DNA from: Dudresnaya verticillata
Taxonomy: Eukaryota
NCBI GenBank assembly: GCA_977862235.1
Contig: OZ374557.1
Coordinates: 1,302,001-1,366,000, forward strand
DNA length: 64,000 nt
Direction of reading: 5' to 3'
Shown here piece after piece: positions 25,117 to 35,308 of the stretch. Numbering within the stretch: the first letter of the stretch is position 1; every line of letters begins with the position of its first letter. Position numbers and translations under genes: made by a program. A model generated the notes under the pieces. It was given only the letters and a program-made list of their open reading frames with translations, did not search any database and was not told the DNA's origin.

Positions 25117-27231
25117 ATGGGCCCATGGGCCGCAGAGAGGTCTTTGCCACCTGATCCGAAGGTAGATTACAAGGGTATATCAGACTGGTTCATAGTGTCC
25201 GCGGTAGCTGTGCTGATCGCAGCTGGTTCCGCGCCGCCGGGAGTATTCGACAGAGGGGTTTTCTGCACCATCAACGCCAGAAGGGTGGATATCCCTTCGT
25301 GTCCTGCTGGCGTAACACCAAATCGGCTGTTCGCTTCAGGCCCATGCCTCAGTCCCGAGCCCCCATGGATTCGCCGCATGCCCGCATCAGTGTCAAGGCT
25401 ATTTCGTCCTGAGGGCTTCGGAGATTTTGTCAAACCTTTGGCAAGCGCCTTTGGCATACAGTACAGAGGGACTGCCATATGCGCTCACTCGCCGCAAATC
25501 CACTGGTCTCGCACCGTACCTTCTGCTCCCGTCAACTTTCCTCCGGCACGTGTACATGCGATACCCGGTCACTTCGAGCTTGTGCTTGGCCGTGCGCAGC
25601 TATCGGGAATGCTTGAATGGTCCCTACTTCAAGATGAGACTGTAGCCTACAGGCACTTGGCGGACCAGCTGACTATGACCTCTTTCGCAGTGGCAAAGGA
25701 TATGGAAAGGGATAGGTTGATTAGCTGGCCTCGCGTCCAGAACGCTTTGCTTCAAGACACTCCCCAGGTTGACCTCCCCGATCCTTCGCTTTTTGACAAC
25801 ATCAGACTACATCAGGGTATGAAGGTCGGCTCCTTTTACTTTGACGTATCCAACATGTTTCACAATTTGCGTCTCCCGTCATGCTTGGTCCAACTTTTTC
25901 CGTTGCGCACCGTGACCTTTTCACGTCTACCCCAGGAGTTACGCTCAGCTCTCCAGGCTCGATTCAACCACCGCCTGCGGCTCGACGACCGGATTCGCCC
26001 GCTACAGGCAACACTCCCAATGGGATTTAAGTGGGCAGTATTTCTCGCACACAGTTTCGCTCAGCAACTGGTGCAAGAAGGTTGGCAGGTTTTCAGACGA
26101 CTTGCTCCAAACATCCCTTCGCTTCAACTAGGAGAGATGCACCCCATCTCCCGGGACAAGGGGATAGTCTTCGTCCAGCCCGGTGATGCGTTACTTTGCC
26201 ATATAATTGACGATGTTAACTTATTTGCATACAGTTGGCCGGATCTCGCGATAAGCATGTTGCACCGAATATTTGAGAAATGCTTCCGTGACGCCTTCCT
26301 ACCCATCAAAAGAAGCAAGTCTTCGCAACCGGGAAGTATCGAGAGCAATCTTGTGAGAGCTCTCCGGTGGGAATGGGATCTGCAGAAAGGGGTCATACGA
26401 CCGCGCACATGTGCAGTTCAACATGCTCTGCATGAAGCCCTGCTGCTCCTCGCAACAAATGCTCCTAATCCTGACCATCTGAAGCACGTCTTAGGGAAGT
26501 TTATCTGGATCGCGCTCGGATCTCGCCCTTCGCTGTCGATTTTCTCGCACGTCTTTCGCCTTGTAGACGCTTCGCGCCCTCGCTGTGATGACTACAGGGC
26601 GTTCAAAGCTGCAAGGAAGGAACTCAGTCTTTTCGCTGCAGTCACGCCGTTCATTCGTGTCGACTTAACACGCGAGTACTGGTACACAGTACTGGCAACG
26701 GATGATTCGGAGTGTGCTGGAGCTGTTGTATATGCACAAGCAAACGTCCAGGAGCTTCGCCACATTGAGAGTGCCTTTCGAAATTGCGTCGTGTCTCAAT
26801 TCAGAGAAAATCAGTCGTCACCGACACTACCAGGAACAAACTCCCAGTCTCGCCGTTCGAACGGAATTACTTACACCGACCATATCGCTCGCTTCGTCAA
26901 GGCACGGAGGTGGCGCACAGCTTTCATTCACCGTTGGCGTTATCCCGAGCACATTAATGCATTGGAAGCTAAGGCGATTGTGATGGCCGTGGAGTGGGCC
27001 TGCTCTTTCAAGATAACCGGGCGACGCATTCTTCTTCTGACGGATTCAATGGTGGCACTCGGTGCCTTTTCCAAAGGTCGCTCGTCGTCACCCCGGCTAT
27101 GCCTTCCCTGTCGGAGGGTTGCAGCGCTCTCCATAGCACACGATTTGCAGGTGACATTCTGCCACGTCCCAACCTCACTCAACCCAGCCGACGGCCCCTC
27201 GCGCCCCCAACAGGCAGGGCAACCGTCCTAG
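25117..27231 (+). CDS. Reverse transcriptase/RNase H of the YR element (704 aa; frame open from 24724)
   Basis: YFDVSNMFHNL, LPMGFKWA, HIIDD; RNase H motifs LATD, HINALE, LLTDSMVALGAFSKGRSSS and VPTSLNPADGPSR. Confidence 0.88.
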   Translation: MGPWAAERSLPPDPKVDYKGISDWFIVSAVAVLIAAGSAPPGVFDRGVFCTINARRVDIPSCPAGVTPNRLFASGPCLSPEPPWIRRMPASVSRLFRPEGFGDFVKPLASAFGIQYRGTAICAHSPQIHWSRTVPSAPVNFPPARVHAIPGHFELVLGRAQLSGMLEWSLLQDETVAYRHLADQLTMTSFAVAKDMERDRLISWPRVQNALLQDTPQVDLPDPSLFDNIRLHQGMKVGSFYFDVSNMFHNLRLPSCLVQLFPLRTVTFSRLPQELRSALQARFNHRLRLDDRIRPLQATLPMGFKWAVFLAHSFAQQLVQEGWQVFRRLAPNIPSLQLGEMHPISRDKGIVFVQPGDALLCHIIDDVNLFAYSWPDLAISMLHRIFEKCFRDAFLPIKRSKSSQPGSIESNLVRALRWEWDLQKGVIRPRTCAVQHALHEALLLLATNAPNPDHLKHVLGKFIWIALGSRPSLSIFSHVFRLVDASRPRCDDYRAFKAARKELSLFAAVTPFIRVDLTREYWYTVLATDDSECAGAVVYAQANVQELRHIESAFRNCVVSQFRENQSSPTLPGTNSQSRRSNGITYTDHIARFVKARRWRTAFIHRWRYPEHINALEAKAIVMAVEWACSFKITGRRILLLTDSMVALGAFSKGRSSSPRLCLPCRRVAALSIAHDLQVTFCHVPTSLNPADGPSRPQQAGQPS

Positions 27232-27239
27232 CACCGCTC

Positions 27240-28692
27240 ATGAAATACAGCTCCCCGCCCCACCCTCGCGTGATAAGCGGGTGTGCCGCTGTGCGCAGCA
27301 GACAGCCTCATAGTCATCACGGTGGCGCAGAGCTAAGCCCGGCAGCTGCAATTTTCTACCAAATGCGTCGTGAACGCAGCCGCAACTTCCGAAGAGAACT
27401 GCCTTCCGTGCGGTACGACCAGTCGTGCCCTCAACTGCACTTGAGCCCGTCTGCAAGGCTTGTGTCGGCCATTAGGAAGCCCTCCCGAGGAAGACGCGGA
27501 ATGATGCAGGCGCCGGCAGTGGCCGAGATTAGGACGGCTGTCGATGTACATGCGCATGCGCATATCGGCCCCGACCTGCAGGTCGGGAACAACCACGGGC
27601 ATTCAAAGCGGTTGCCCAGTCGACGTTCGAGTTCGGTATACTTGAGGGCAGGGCAATCCCACCGCGTGCCTGACATACCGCAACCTCTCAGGCCTCGGCA
27701 TAGCTTGCAAGCATTGTTTCGCCAACTTCCGCTTTTAGGATTCACTATCAAGAGCAGCACCTTGCGCGTTTATAGTGATGCGCTAAACGAATTCCTCGCC
27801 AAGACAGACTGTCCGGACATCAGCAGGTGCTCAGATGCGGAGCTTCACTGCCGCATTGCTGGTCATATACAATACCAGTATGACCACCTACCTTCCGCCG
27901 GGCAGCGTCAGAAGATGGTTAACCTCATCGCTGCCCTAGGGCTCCTGCGTCCTAGCACAAGAGAGGGTCTCAGACACTCGCGTCGTTGTCTTCAGGGCTG
28001 GAATCGAAAAGTGCCGAGAAAATCGGCAGTGCCGCTTACAAAAAGAGCTAATGATGGCCTTTGTCGCTTTTTTCTTATGCAAGGGAAAAGCTGATGTTGC
28101 TATTGCGTTAGCTGTCTCGTGGAGTGCATATTTACGCGCATCAGAGGTGCTGAAGCTTACTGTGCGATATATTGCGCTCCCTGGGGACCCACGATTGATG
28201 GGCACGTGCCGGTCGCTTGGAGGAATCAATGTCACCGATGCCAAGACAGGTCCGAGGCAGTTCGCGCCGGTTCGTTGTCCTGAAGTCCTAACACTGCTAT
28301 GCTCTTATCTCAAGACTTTCTCTCAACAAACATGACAAAGGCTCTTCGACCTGACGTACGATGAATACCTTAATGCGATCAAGAGGGCGGCTTCCTTTTA
28401 TGGTCTGGATCGTTTTCGCTTCCTAACCCACTCCGCACGTATTGGAGGCGCCCTTCATGACTATTGTAATGGCGTGTCGGCCGAGACCATTTCGATCAAC
28501 GGCCGGTGGGCCAGTCTGGCTTCACTTCGGTACTACCTGACAAATGGGCGAGCCTGGTTGCTCTCTCTGTCTCTATCATCAGAAAGCCAGACATTGATAT
28601 CTTCAGCTTCTCGGTATTCTCAACGTCTGGTTCGAGACCTGGATGAAAAGCGCAAGACAGAACTGCATTCCTGCACAATGGATATGGGCTAA
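27240..28692 (+). pseudogene. Tyrosine recombinase
   Basis: STLRVYSDALNEF N-terminal motif; catalytic set YLRASE (R), DAKTG (K), THSARIGGA (HxxR), GRW and RYY. Frameshift near 28045 and TGA at 28333. Start uncertain. Confidence 0.88.
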
Positions 28693-29150
28693 CCCTCCCA
28701 CCCCAATTGAGGGGTGGCGTGCTCCTACGCCCGGACCAATTGTGGTCCAGGGGCGCTTGGCGATTGAGCCTTGGGAGCACTCAGGGTCCCCGATATAGAC
28801 ATATCTTCGAAAACCTTTACACGTAAAGGTGAGTTCTGGGCTTCTGTTTTAGCCACATAAATTTGCATTAGACATAGGCGGGAAGAATAATCGCGCGCAG
28901 GGCGGCAATTTCCGGGCCCAAAATCAGGCGCCAAAATCGTCGGGTAGAAATTGCACACTATGATAATCCTGAGGTGGGCAGATAAATCGGGCCCATGGCG
29001 GCAATTTCGGGGCGGGAAATCGTGCGCCAAATGGTCGGGTAGAAATTACCAATTGTGATAATCATCAGGCGGGATATAAGAGGCCACCGGTTGTGCCTTC
29101 CTTCCCCTCCCCTGCTCTGCTCACGAACGAACCTGACCGCGCAGCACCCT

Positions 29151-29759
29151 ATGGCGTCCTGGTTCGCTTGTGGACTCTTCTTCACTCAAATGGTAGCTTG
29201 CTACCACTCCTTCTTGCCGATTGACCCATGCGGCGGGCTACAAGACACCTATGTTGTGCCGGTCCGCAGCTTCGCGCTCAACCTTGCGGGGGAAACCCCA
29301 ATGGGAGAGGTCCAATTCCTTTACACCATCCAAACGTCGTATGGGTCGGGGCCCAAAAGGCTTCGTGCCGGGTCCCAGTTGCAAGTTGGGGGGCTTCAAC
29401 CATCTTGGACGCTTGGGGTGTTGGCAACGTCTTCGTCTTGTTCGTGGGTATGCGAAACAATGCGAGACTTGCGGAAATGCCTCAGAATACTGACAGTTTC
29501 TTTCTTCTTTGCGCGAACAGTAATGCAGTCATCTGCTATTTGCGAACGATCCACTGCTCCGGCTGAATGTTTAGCGAACCGGAAACAACAACTTCTCGCA
29601 ACTGTGCTTGACTCACCATCTTCGTCAAGCCATCAGCGATGTTGGAGCTACTGCGGACAAACCCGATGTCCGAGATCGTCTTATCGCGGAACCCTTCGCG
29701 TGCCGCAGCGATTTCAAGCATCATCCTCTTCTCAGATGTTCTGGAGCCTTTGGATATGA
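29151..29759 (+). CDS. Candidate antisense accessory ORF of the Copia element (202 aa, unknown function)
   Basis: ATG about 78 nt after GATATAA; the first ~120 codons are conserved with 373-725; the 3' part overlaps RNase H in antisense. Confidence 0.5.
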   Translation: MASWFACGLFFTQMVACYHSFLPIDPCGGLQDTYVVPVRSFALNLAGETPMGEVQFLYTIQTSYGSGPKRLRAGSQLQVGGLQPSWTLGVLATSSSCSWVCETMRDLRKCLRILTVSFFFARTVMQSSAICERSTAPAECLANRKQQLLATVLDSPSSSSHQRCWSYCGQTRCPRSSYRGTLRVPQRFQASSSSQMFWSLWI

Positions 29760-30420
29760 CGTCAAAGAGACTCTTGCTGTCGGTTAGAAGTTGGACCGGG
29801 ACAGTCTTGTTGAGAAGAACTCCAAGCTCAACTGTGATGGCGATGGCGATGTCGAACATGTCGGAGAATGCTATAACTTTCCCGGACACATTGCTGAGCG
29901 AGTCACCCGTCTTGACTTGTACGACTTGAAGCTGACCGGGACTGAAGATCCACTGTCGTCAGTGAGAATCACAACGTGGCCAAGCTGGGAACTGAGATCC
30001 GTGTTGTTTGCGAAAGAGGCGTCCGAGAATCCAACCACCTTAATGGTGTCTGACTTCAACCGTGGGATGCGTAGGCGGACTCGATGATCAACAGCGTACG
30101 TTACAGCCTTGTTGAGACGTCGGATGTTGGCTTGGACAATGTCCATTTCAACGTCGACGTTGCTTATGCCTGGTGGGGTCAACAGCGGTATGGAAATGCG
30201 ACCGAGTGACTCGTACGTGGCGTCGGCAAAACGAAACCTGTTGCGCGAGGGTATGAGTTCTCGGGAATGTATGCCTGCAGCAGTAAGGATGCGATGCATC
30301 TCTTTGCATCCTACGACAGACTTTGGAGCCCCAATGTCCACACAGAAGCCAGCTGGTCTTGTATTCCGTATCTCCTTTCCAAGAGAACCAACGTGGATGT
30401 CTACCATGAATATGTCTGGT
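29536..30420 (-). pseudogene. pol: Copia pol remnant: protease fused by deletion to the RT end and RNase H
   Basis: CVDIGAPKSVVG protease motif; junction near 30120; GFSDASFANN, KSRRVTRS, TDSKSLFD and NIADGLTK; integrase and RT core absent. Confidence 0.88.
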
Positions 30421-30514
30421 GGCTTGCTGGGTTGGGGTGGGTGGGAGTGCCTCGGGACTGCTTTACGATGATGCTTCTTCCATCGCTTGTTCGGTCGGCG
30501 ACAAGGCTGAGGAA

Positions 30515-32805
30515 TTACATGCTCTTGTCGCCTATCCAAACATCCTGCGGCATACCAGCCGAGATGTGGTTGGTTACAATCTCCGCTTCCAAGTTCTCGA
30601 TAGGGTCTACGAAGTTGGTCTGGATTCCGGTGTTGGCTAGAGCTGCGTCGAAGCGATCTAGTTCATACTCTGCTGGTTCACCATAGTGGACGTCTGCATC
30701 TTCCTGATCCTGACAACTTGTGAGTTCCTCCTCCATGTCTCCGACAAGAGAAGCAACGATGTGCGTGGCATCTTCACCACGAGCAATACGGCCCCGGATG
30801 TTGGACTGTATGGCTCCTTTCGCGCAACGATGCCTTGGCTTCCAATTGCCAGCACCACAGCGAAAGCACTCATTGCGATGTCTAGCATCAGCGAATGTGC
30901 GTGCAGCATTGTTTCGTTGCTGGCTCCGAAGTTGTGCACCAGGGTTACCACCTTTAGAACCGTAGCGCGAGCGTTTGCGCGCGTTCCGACCATAGTGAAG
31001 CATATGAGTCTGGACACTGTTGCTGTGCCGAAGGTTGTCTTCTTCGGTGAGTCCTGGGAAGGTAGACTGGCGCGCATCTCCACTTGTGAGCAACTCCAGC
31101 TGACGAAGATTCTGGATGGACTCGTGAAGCGTGGTGACGAACGCGTTGAAGCTGTATCCTTGCGACGTGATGTTGTGTATCGGAATGCGGGACCATTCTT
31201 GGAACTCAATCACTGCTCGGCGGAGGTAGTCAACCTTATGAGCATCAGATCGAAAGTCCTTGGGGCATTGCGGTACAAGCTCGTTGATTGTCTCAACTAA
31301 CTTCGTCAAGCCATGTGCGACATCAGAAATATCCTTCTTGGTCATGAAGGTCCGGAGACGAAGAGTCTCGAGAGTGCCTTTGACTTGGAGCTGACGAGCG
31401 TCGGAAACATGCTCCTTCATCATGACTTAGGTCTTCTCCTGATACGATATATCCTCTCGCGTGTGTTCAAAGTAGAACTTACGCGCAGCGCCATCGAATG
31501 CATGAACAAGAAGTTCTGCCTTGTGTGCCTGAGAGAGGTTGTACTGCTTTGAGCAGACTGCGTACAGCTTGAAGGTTTGATGGATGTCTTGAGCCAGGTG
31601 TCCGGAGAACTTATATCCCTTGAACATCTGCTGGACATAGTTAACCTTGCGAGGATCATCGCGCTGGTCACGATCATTGTCGGCAGAGTAGCCTCGACGT
31701 TGATCTGGGAAGCAGGTGGGAGGGTTTCGACCTCGGTCGTTGTGACCTGCTCCATCTCCGAAGTTGTTCGGCGGGGGTCCCCTGTTAGGGCGATGAGAAC
31801 CTCTTCCAAAACCTTGAAACGGCGGACCATGAGGCTGATCGCCACTACCGGGCTCGGGAGGTGACGGGCCGTACTTCTTTGGACCTTCGTTGGATCCATA
31901 CCGATGCTGTACCATGTTCGGATAACCGTGATTCTCGTTGTTATGGGCTGGTGGGGCGCGCGGATAGTAACTCCCATCGGGGACGCCAGTTATCATGTGC
32001 GCGTCATCGTCATCCCGCGTTTGGGCATACGAGTTTGCAGCGGAGGGATACATCTGCTGCATGTTGTTGCCACGAACAAATTGGTTGTTTCCCGAGCGAT
32101 GGCGGGGATGATCAGCGACGTTGGTGGTAACACCGTGAATTGTAACTTGGTTCTTGTCGACTCGGATATCTTGTTGCATCGGAGCTTATTGGTCTTGACG
32201 GGAGATGGTATCTTCTCTCTCCTCAGCAACTGAGCGTTTCACAGTATTATTCTGGAAAGGAAGGTGCATGAGTGGGTTCGGAGATCCACGACAAGCCTTG
32301 AACTGGCGTACAGCATCGATGGAGAACTCAGCCGTCATCCAGTGAAGAAGCATAACCAAACGAGACTGACAAGTCCTTTGTTCTTCTGCTCAGTGTCTGA
32401 GAGGCTGAATTTGTCCCAATACTGTTGGGGGACATCATCAAACTCGTACAGTCGGGCCACCTCAAACAGACTGTTGACTGGGAAAGTAGGCACCTTGAAG
32501 AAGTCTTCTGTGAAGATCTTCTTGGGCAGCGGTAGAAGCTCCATCGCAAATCTTGCGGCCATCTCGGTAGGAGGCTTGGCTTCCACTTCTTCGTAATCTC
32601 CTGCACCGCTCGCTGGGGCATCTGAAAGCGGGTAGGAAGAGAGAACAGAAATAGCAACGTTGATCAGCTTCTGCGAAAGGTCATCAGTAAGGTTAGAATT
32701 CCTCAGGCAGCGGATTAGGTTGGCAGCCTTCGTCTTGAACTCCTTTCTTGAGGTCTTCTTGTCTGCGGCCGAAGCCTTGGTATGACTGCGTGTGCTCGCA
32801 GTCAT
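30515..32805 (-). pseudogene. gag: Copia gag-like ORF
   Basis: Starts 83 nt after the 5' LTR. Segments from ATG 32805 to 32335, 32179-31427 and 31423-30515; CFRCGAGNWKPRHRC knuckle-like motif. Confidence 0.72.
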
Positions 32806-32887
32806 TTTTTTCGGACGGTGTGGGTTACGATCGTAACAAAATCTTGAGCGACGAAGTCGGCGCGTGGAACCGGGTAGGAATCCGGAT

Positions 32888-33293
32888 TGTCGTCCGTAGC
32901 CGGTCGACACGCGCGCGCGGCGTGAGAGTGGTGTACAATCACCGCTCTGCGGGCACGGCGCGCAGGGTCGCGGAACGCGGGGAAAGGGGCGCGAGCGGGG
33001 CGCGAGCGGAGCGAGCGGGTCAGAGAGGTGGGCGAGGTTTATCGAAGCAAGGGAAGAGGGCTACGGCAGACCACCGCGGCTGAAGCAACGGACGTTCTCG
33101 TCAACGCTGCTTACTCTTCTACTTCGATCGTGCTCTCGAGGAGCGGCGGTGGTCTGCAGTGGTCAGCGGGGCTTGAAGTAGCCCAACCAGTTGCAGTAGG
33201 ACGCGCGCGGACGGCGCGTTGGTCGCCGACGGCGGGGGCACTGTAAGGTATCTTACAGTGCGACTCTGCGACAAAGATGGGTCCAAATCGACA
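32888..33293 (-). repeat. 5' LTR of the Copia element
   Basis: Direct repeat of 22755-23251, followed by TSD GAGGA. Confidence 0.92.
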
Positions 33294-34187
33294 GAGGACT
33301 CTGACCAGGCTTGCAATCTCCGCTGCATAATACTGTACTACTGTACTGTACCTGTGCTCCCTAGGCCCCCAATAAAGCTCCAATCACGTACCTGTGCTCG
33401 CGAAGTAACACGAAGAAACCCAACTACTCTCGACTCAGAGTACTCTCATGTCAGCATTGGGCCAGACCCGATAGGATCAAGCCCCTCCGCAAACACCGAT
33501 TTGTGGTTCTCATCATCCCGTTCAAAATTTCGATTAGTCATGTACCACGTAGGTGGCTTTTGCCGCCACTACAGTCATCTCTCGATTAGTGAAACCCGTC
33601 ATAACGGGAACCCCCCATTACAGAAACCGAAACGGGTCTCCGCACTTGGGAGAAGCGAAATTATATCAAAAAAACAACAGTAGTTCCACTTTCGATATCT
33701 GAAACCGACATTTCACGCCCGAGGGGCACCACTACAACGTTCATATTGTAAAAAACGACCGTTAAAGGCCTCCAGGCGATGATAACGACGGCGTTAGAGC
33801 TGAAATGTAGCCTTATTTAACAGAAACGCCTTTCACGGCAACGCTAGAGTAGACTAACTCCCAGACACTCTACCATGACGCTTATCACCCTCACAATTCT
33901 CCAGAAAAATATATGCCAGCGAATTGCGGAGAGATATGGGGAGGACACGCCGCCCTTTAGACGTTGTATTGCGCAGACACAGCGGGCTGTTAAGGCGACG
34001 TCATGCACATCTGCCAGGCAGACTAGGATAGAGAACTACTTCCAGTAGATTTTTTAATTACTGTGCGGTATGAGGGTTGTTTACTCTCTTCAGGTTGATA
34101 TTAAAATGTTTTCTACCTTTTCCTAAGTGAAACCCCCTTATTAGAGGAACCAACTTGGGTCCACGGACTGGTTCCTCTTATCGAGAG

Positions 34188-35308
34188 ATGACTGTACCTG
34201 TGATACAATCACCCCCCATTATGCTACCATCCCCAGCATTCACGGTACCGGTGCCCAGAATGCCATTGTTCTCTGGCTCTACCCACCGCACCGCACCTAG
34301 TCGATCTTCGTCGCCGCACACCACGGCTGTCCTGCGTCGTGTGAAGAGAACACACCAAACCACTCCGGACCCAACGCTACAGGCACGTGCGCGCCGCGCT
34401 GCAAAGCTGTCTGCGGCACGGAAGACTCTGCGCAAGCGCCTCGGGGCCGAGCCGCCTGTCCTGTCCGCAGTCCCGCTGGCAGCAGTCGCGGACGACTCCG
34501 TCTCGGCAGACCTGGAGCACTGGCGCGCGGTGTTTTCCGCGCGCAATGAGATCACAATCAAGTGGCTTTGGCTCGTGGCTGCTGTGTCGCGCAAGGCCCA
34601 CCGTACTTACGTGCACGCATTTCCAGAGATGCGTGCCGCTCTCACCCTTGCCGGTCTCGCACAAGAGGGCGTCTGTGGCCTGCTCGGTGCGGTGGAACGG
34701 TGGGACCCGCACCGGGATTATGTTTTCGACGCTTTCGCATTTTACAGCATCAAGCACGCTATATTGAGGGCAATTGAGAACCAAAGCAGGGTGATACGCC
34801 TTCCGGTGCACGTTCTGAATAAACTCTCCCGTATGCGAAAGATGAGAGAGAGCATTGCATACTACGATGTCAAGAAGTAACCAGCGTGGAGGAGGTTGCG
34901 CGAATGGCCGGTGTGGACGTGGAAGAGGCAGAGCTTTACCTCGACCGAAGCAAGACCCTGACGAGTATCGATGCGCCGCTCTCTCGCCGGTGCCAGGACG
35001 GCTTTCATACAACACTGCGCGAGTTCCTCGTTGACCACTCGCAAGATGTTGCCAGACAGGTGGAGCGGGAGTGCACGCATGAGGCAGTTGCTGACCTGGT
35101 TCGTGCTACTAACTTGGAGGATCTGGAACGCTCTGTTGTGTTGCTCCAGTATGGCTTGAGAGATGTAGTTGAGAGGGTGTGCGCGGAGGTTAGCCGGATT
35201 CTGGATGTAAGAGTGGAGAAGGTCCGACGCGCTGAGCTAAGTGCTCTGAAAAAGCTCCGGGAGACTGTCGGGGATGATCTCGCAGCTTGGGCAGAGCTCA
35301 CTTCCTGA
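34188..35308 (+). pseudogene. Nuclear-encoded sigma-70 family factor, probably plastid-targeted, frameshifted near 34870
   Basis: Region 2 (LAQEGVCGLLGAVERWDP, RAIENQSRVIRLPVH), region 3 (EEVARMAG, SIDAPL) and region 4 (EKVRRAELSALKKLR). Ser/Pro/Arg-rich leader with a PAF motif. Confidence 0.85.

Larger units (their letters stand above)
23471..28841 (+). mobile_element. Tyrosine-recombinase retrotransposon (DIRS order; not classical DIRS1 architecture)
   Basis: gag-like, RT/RNase H and YR ORFs in series. Ends are inferred from GAGCTCTGGGC (23471-23481) and GAGTTCTGGGC (28831-28841); boundaries tentative. Confidence 0.85.
22755..33293 (-). mobile_element. Ty1/Copia LTR retrotransposon (GalEa-like RNase H), internally deleted, with nested YR element
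   Basis: Paired LTRs TGTCG...CGACA; TSD GAGGA at 22750-22754 and 33294-33298; PPT AGGGGGGAG; gag, protease and RNase H on the minus strand. Confidence 0.9.

Noticed and set aside
23260..29495. A second Copia LTR starting TGTCAG at 29495 (minus) after a purine run
   Set aside because: The element already has paired LTRs, a TSD and a canonical PPT, and no partner copy lies upstream of gag. Kept only as the alternative explanation for the antisense cassette.
34155..35308. Bacterial origin or contamination suggested by the sigma-70 gene
   Set aside because: It has a transit-peptide-like leader, no operon context, and is embedded among eukaryotic transposons.
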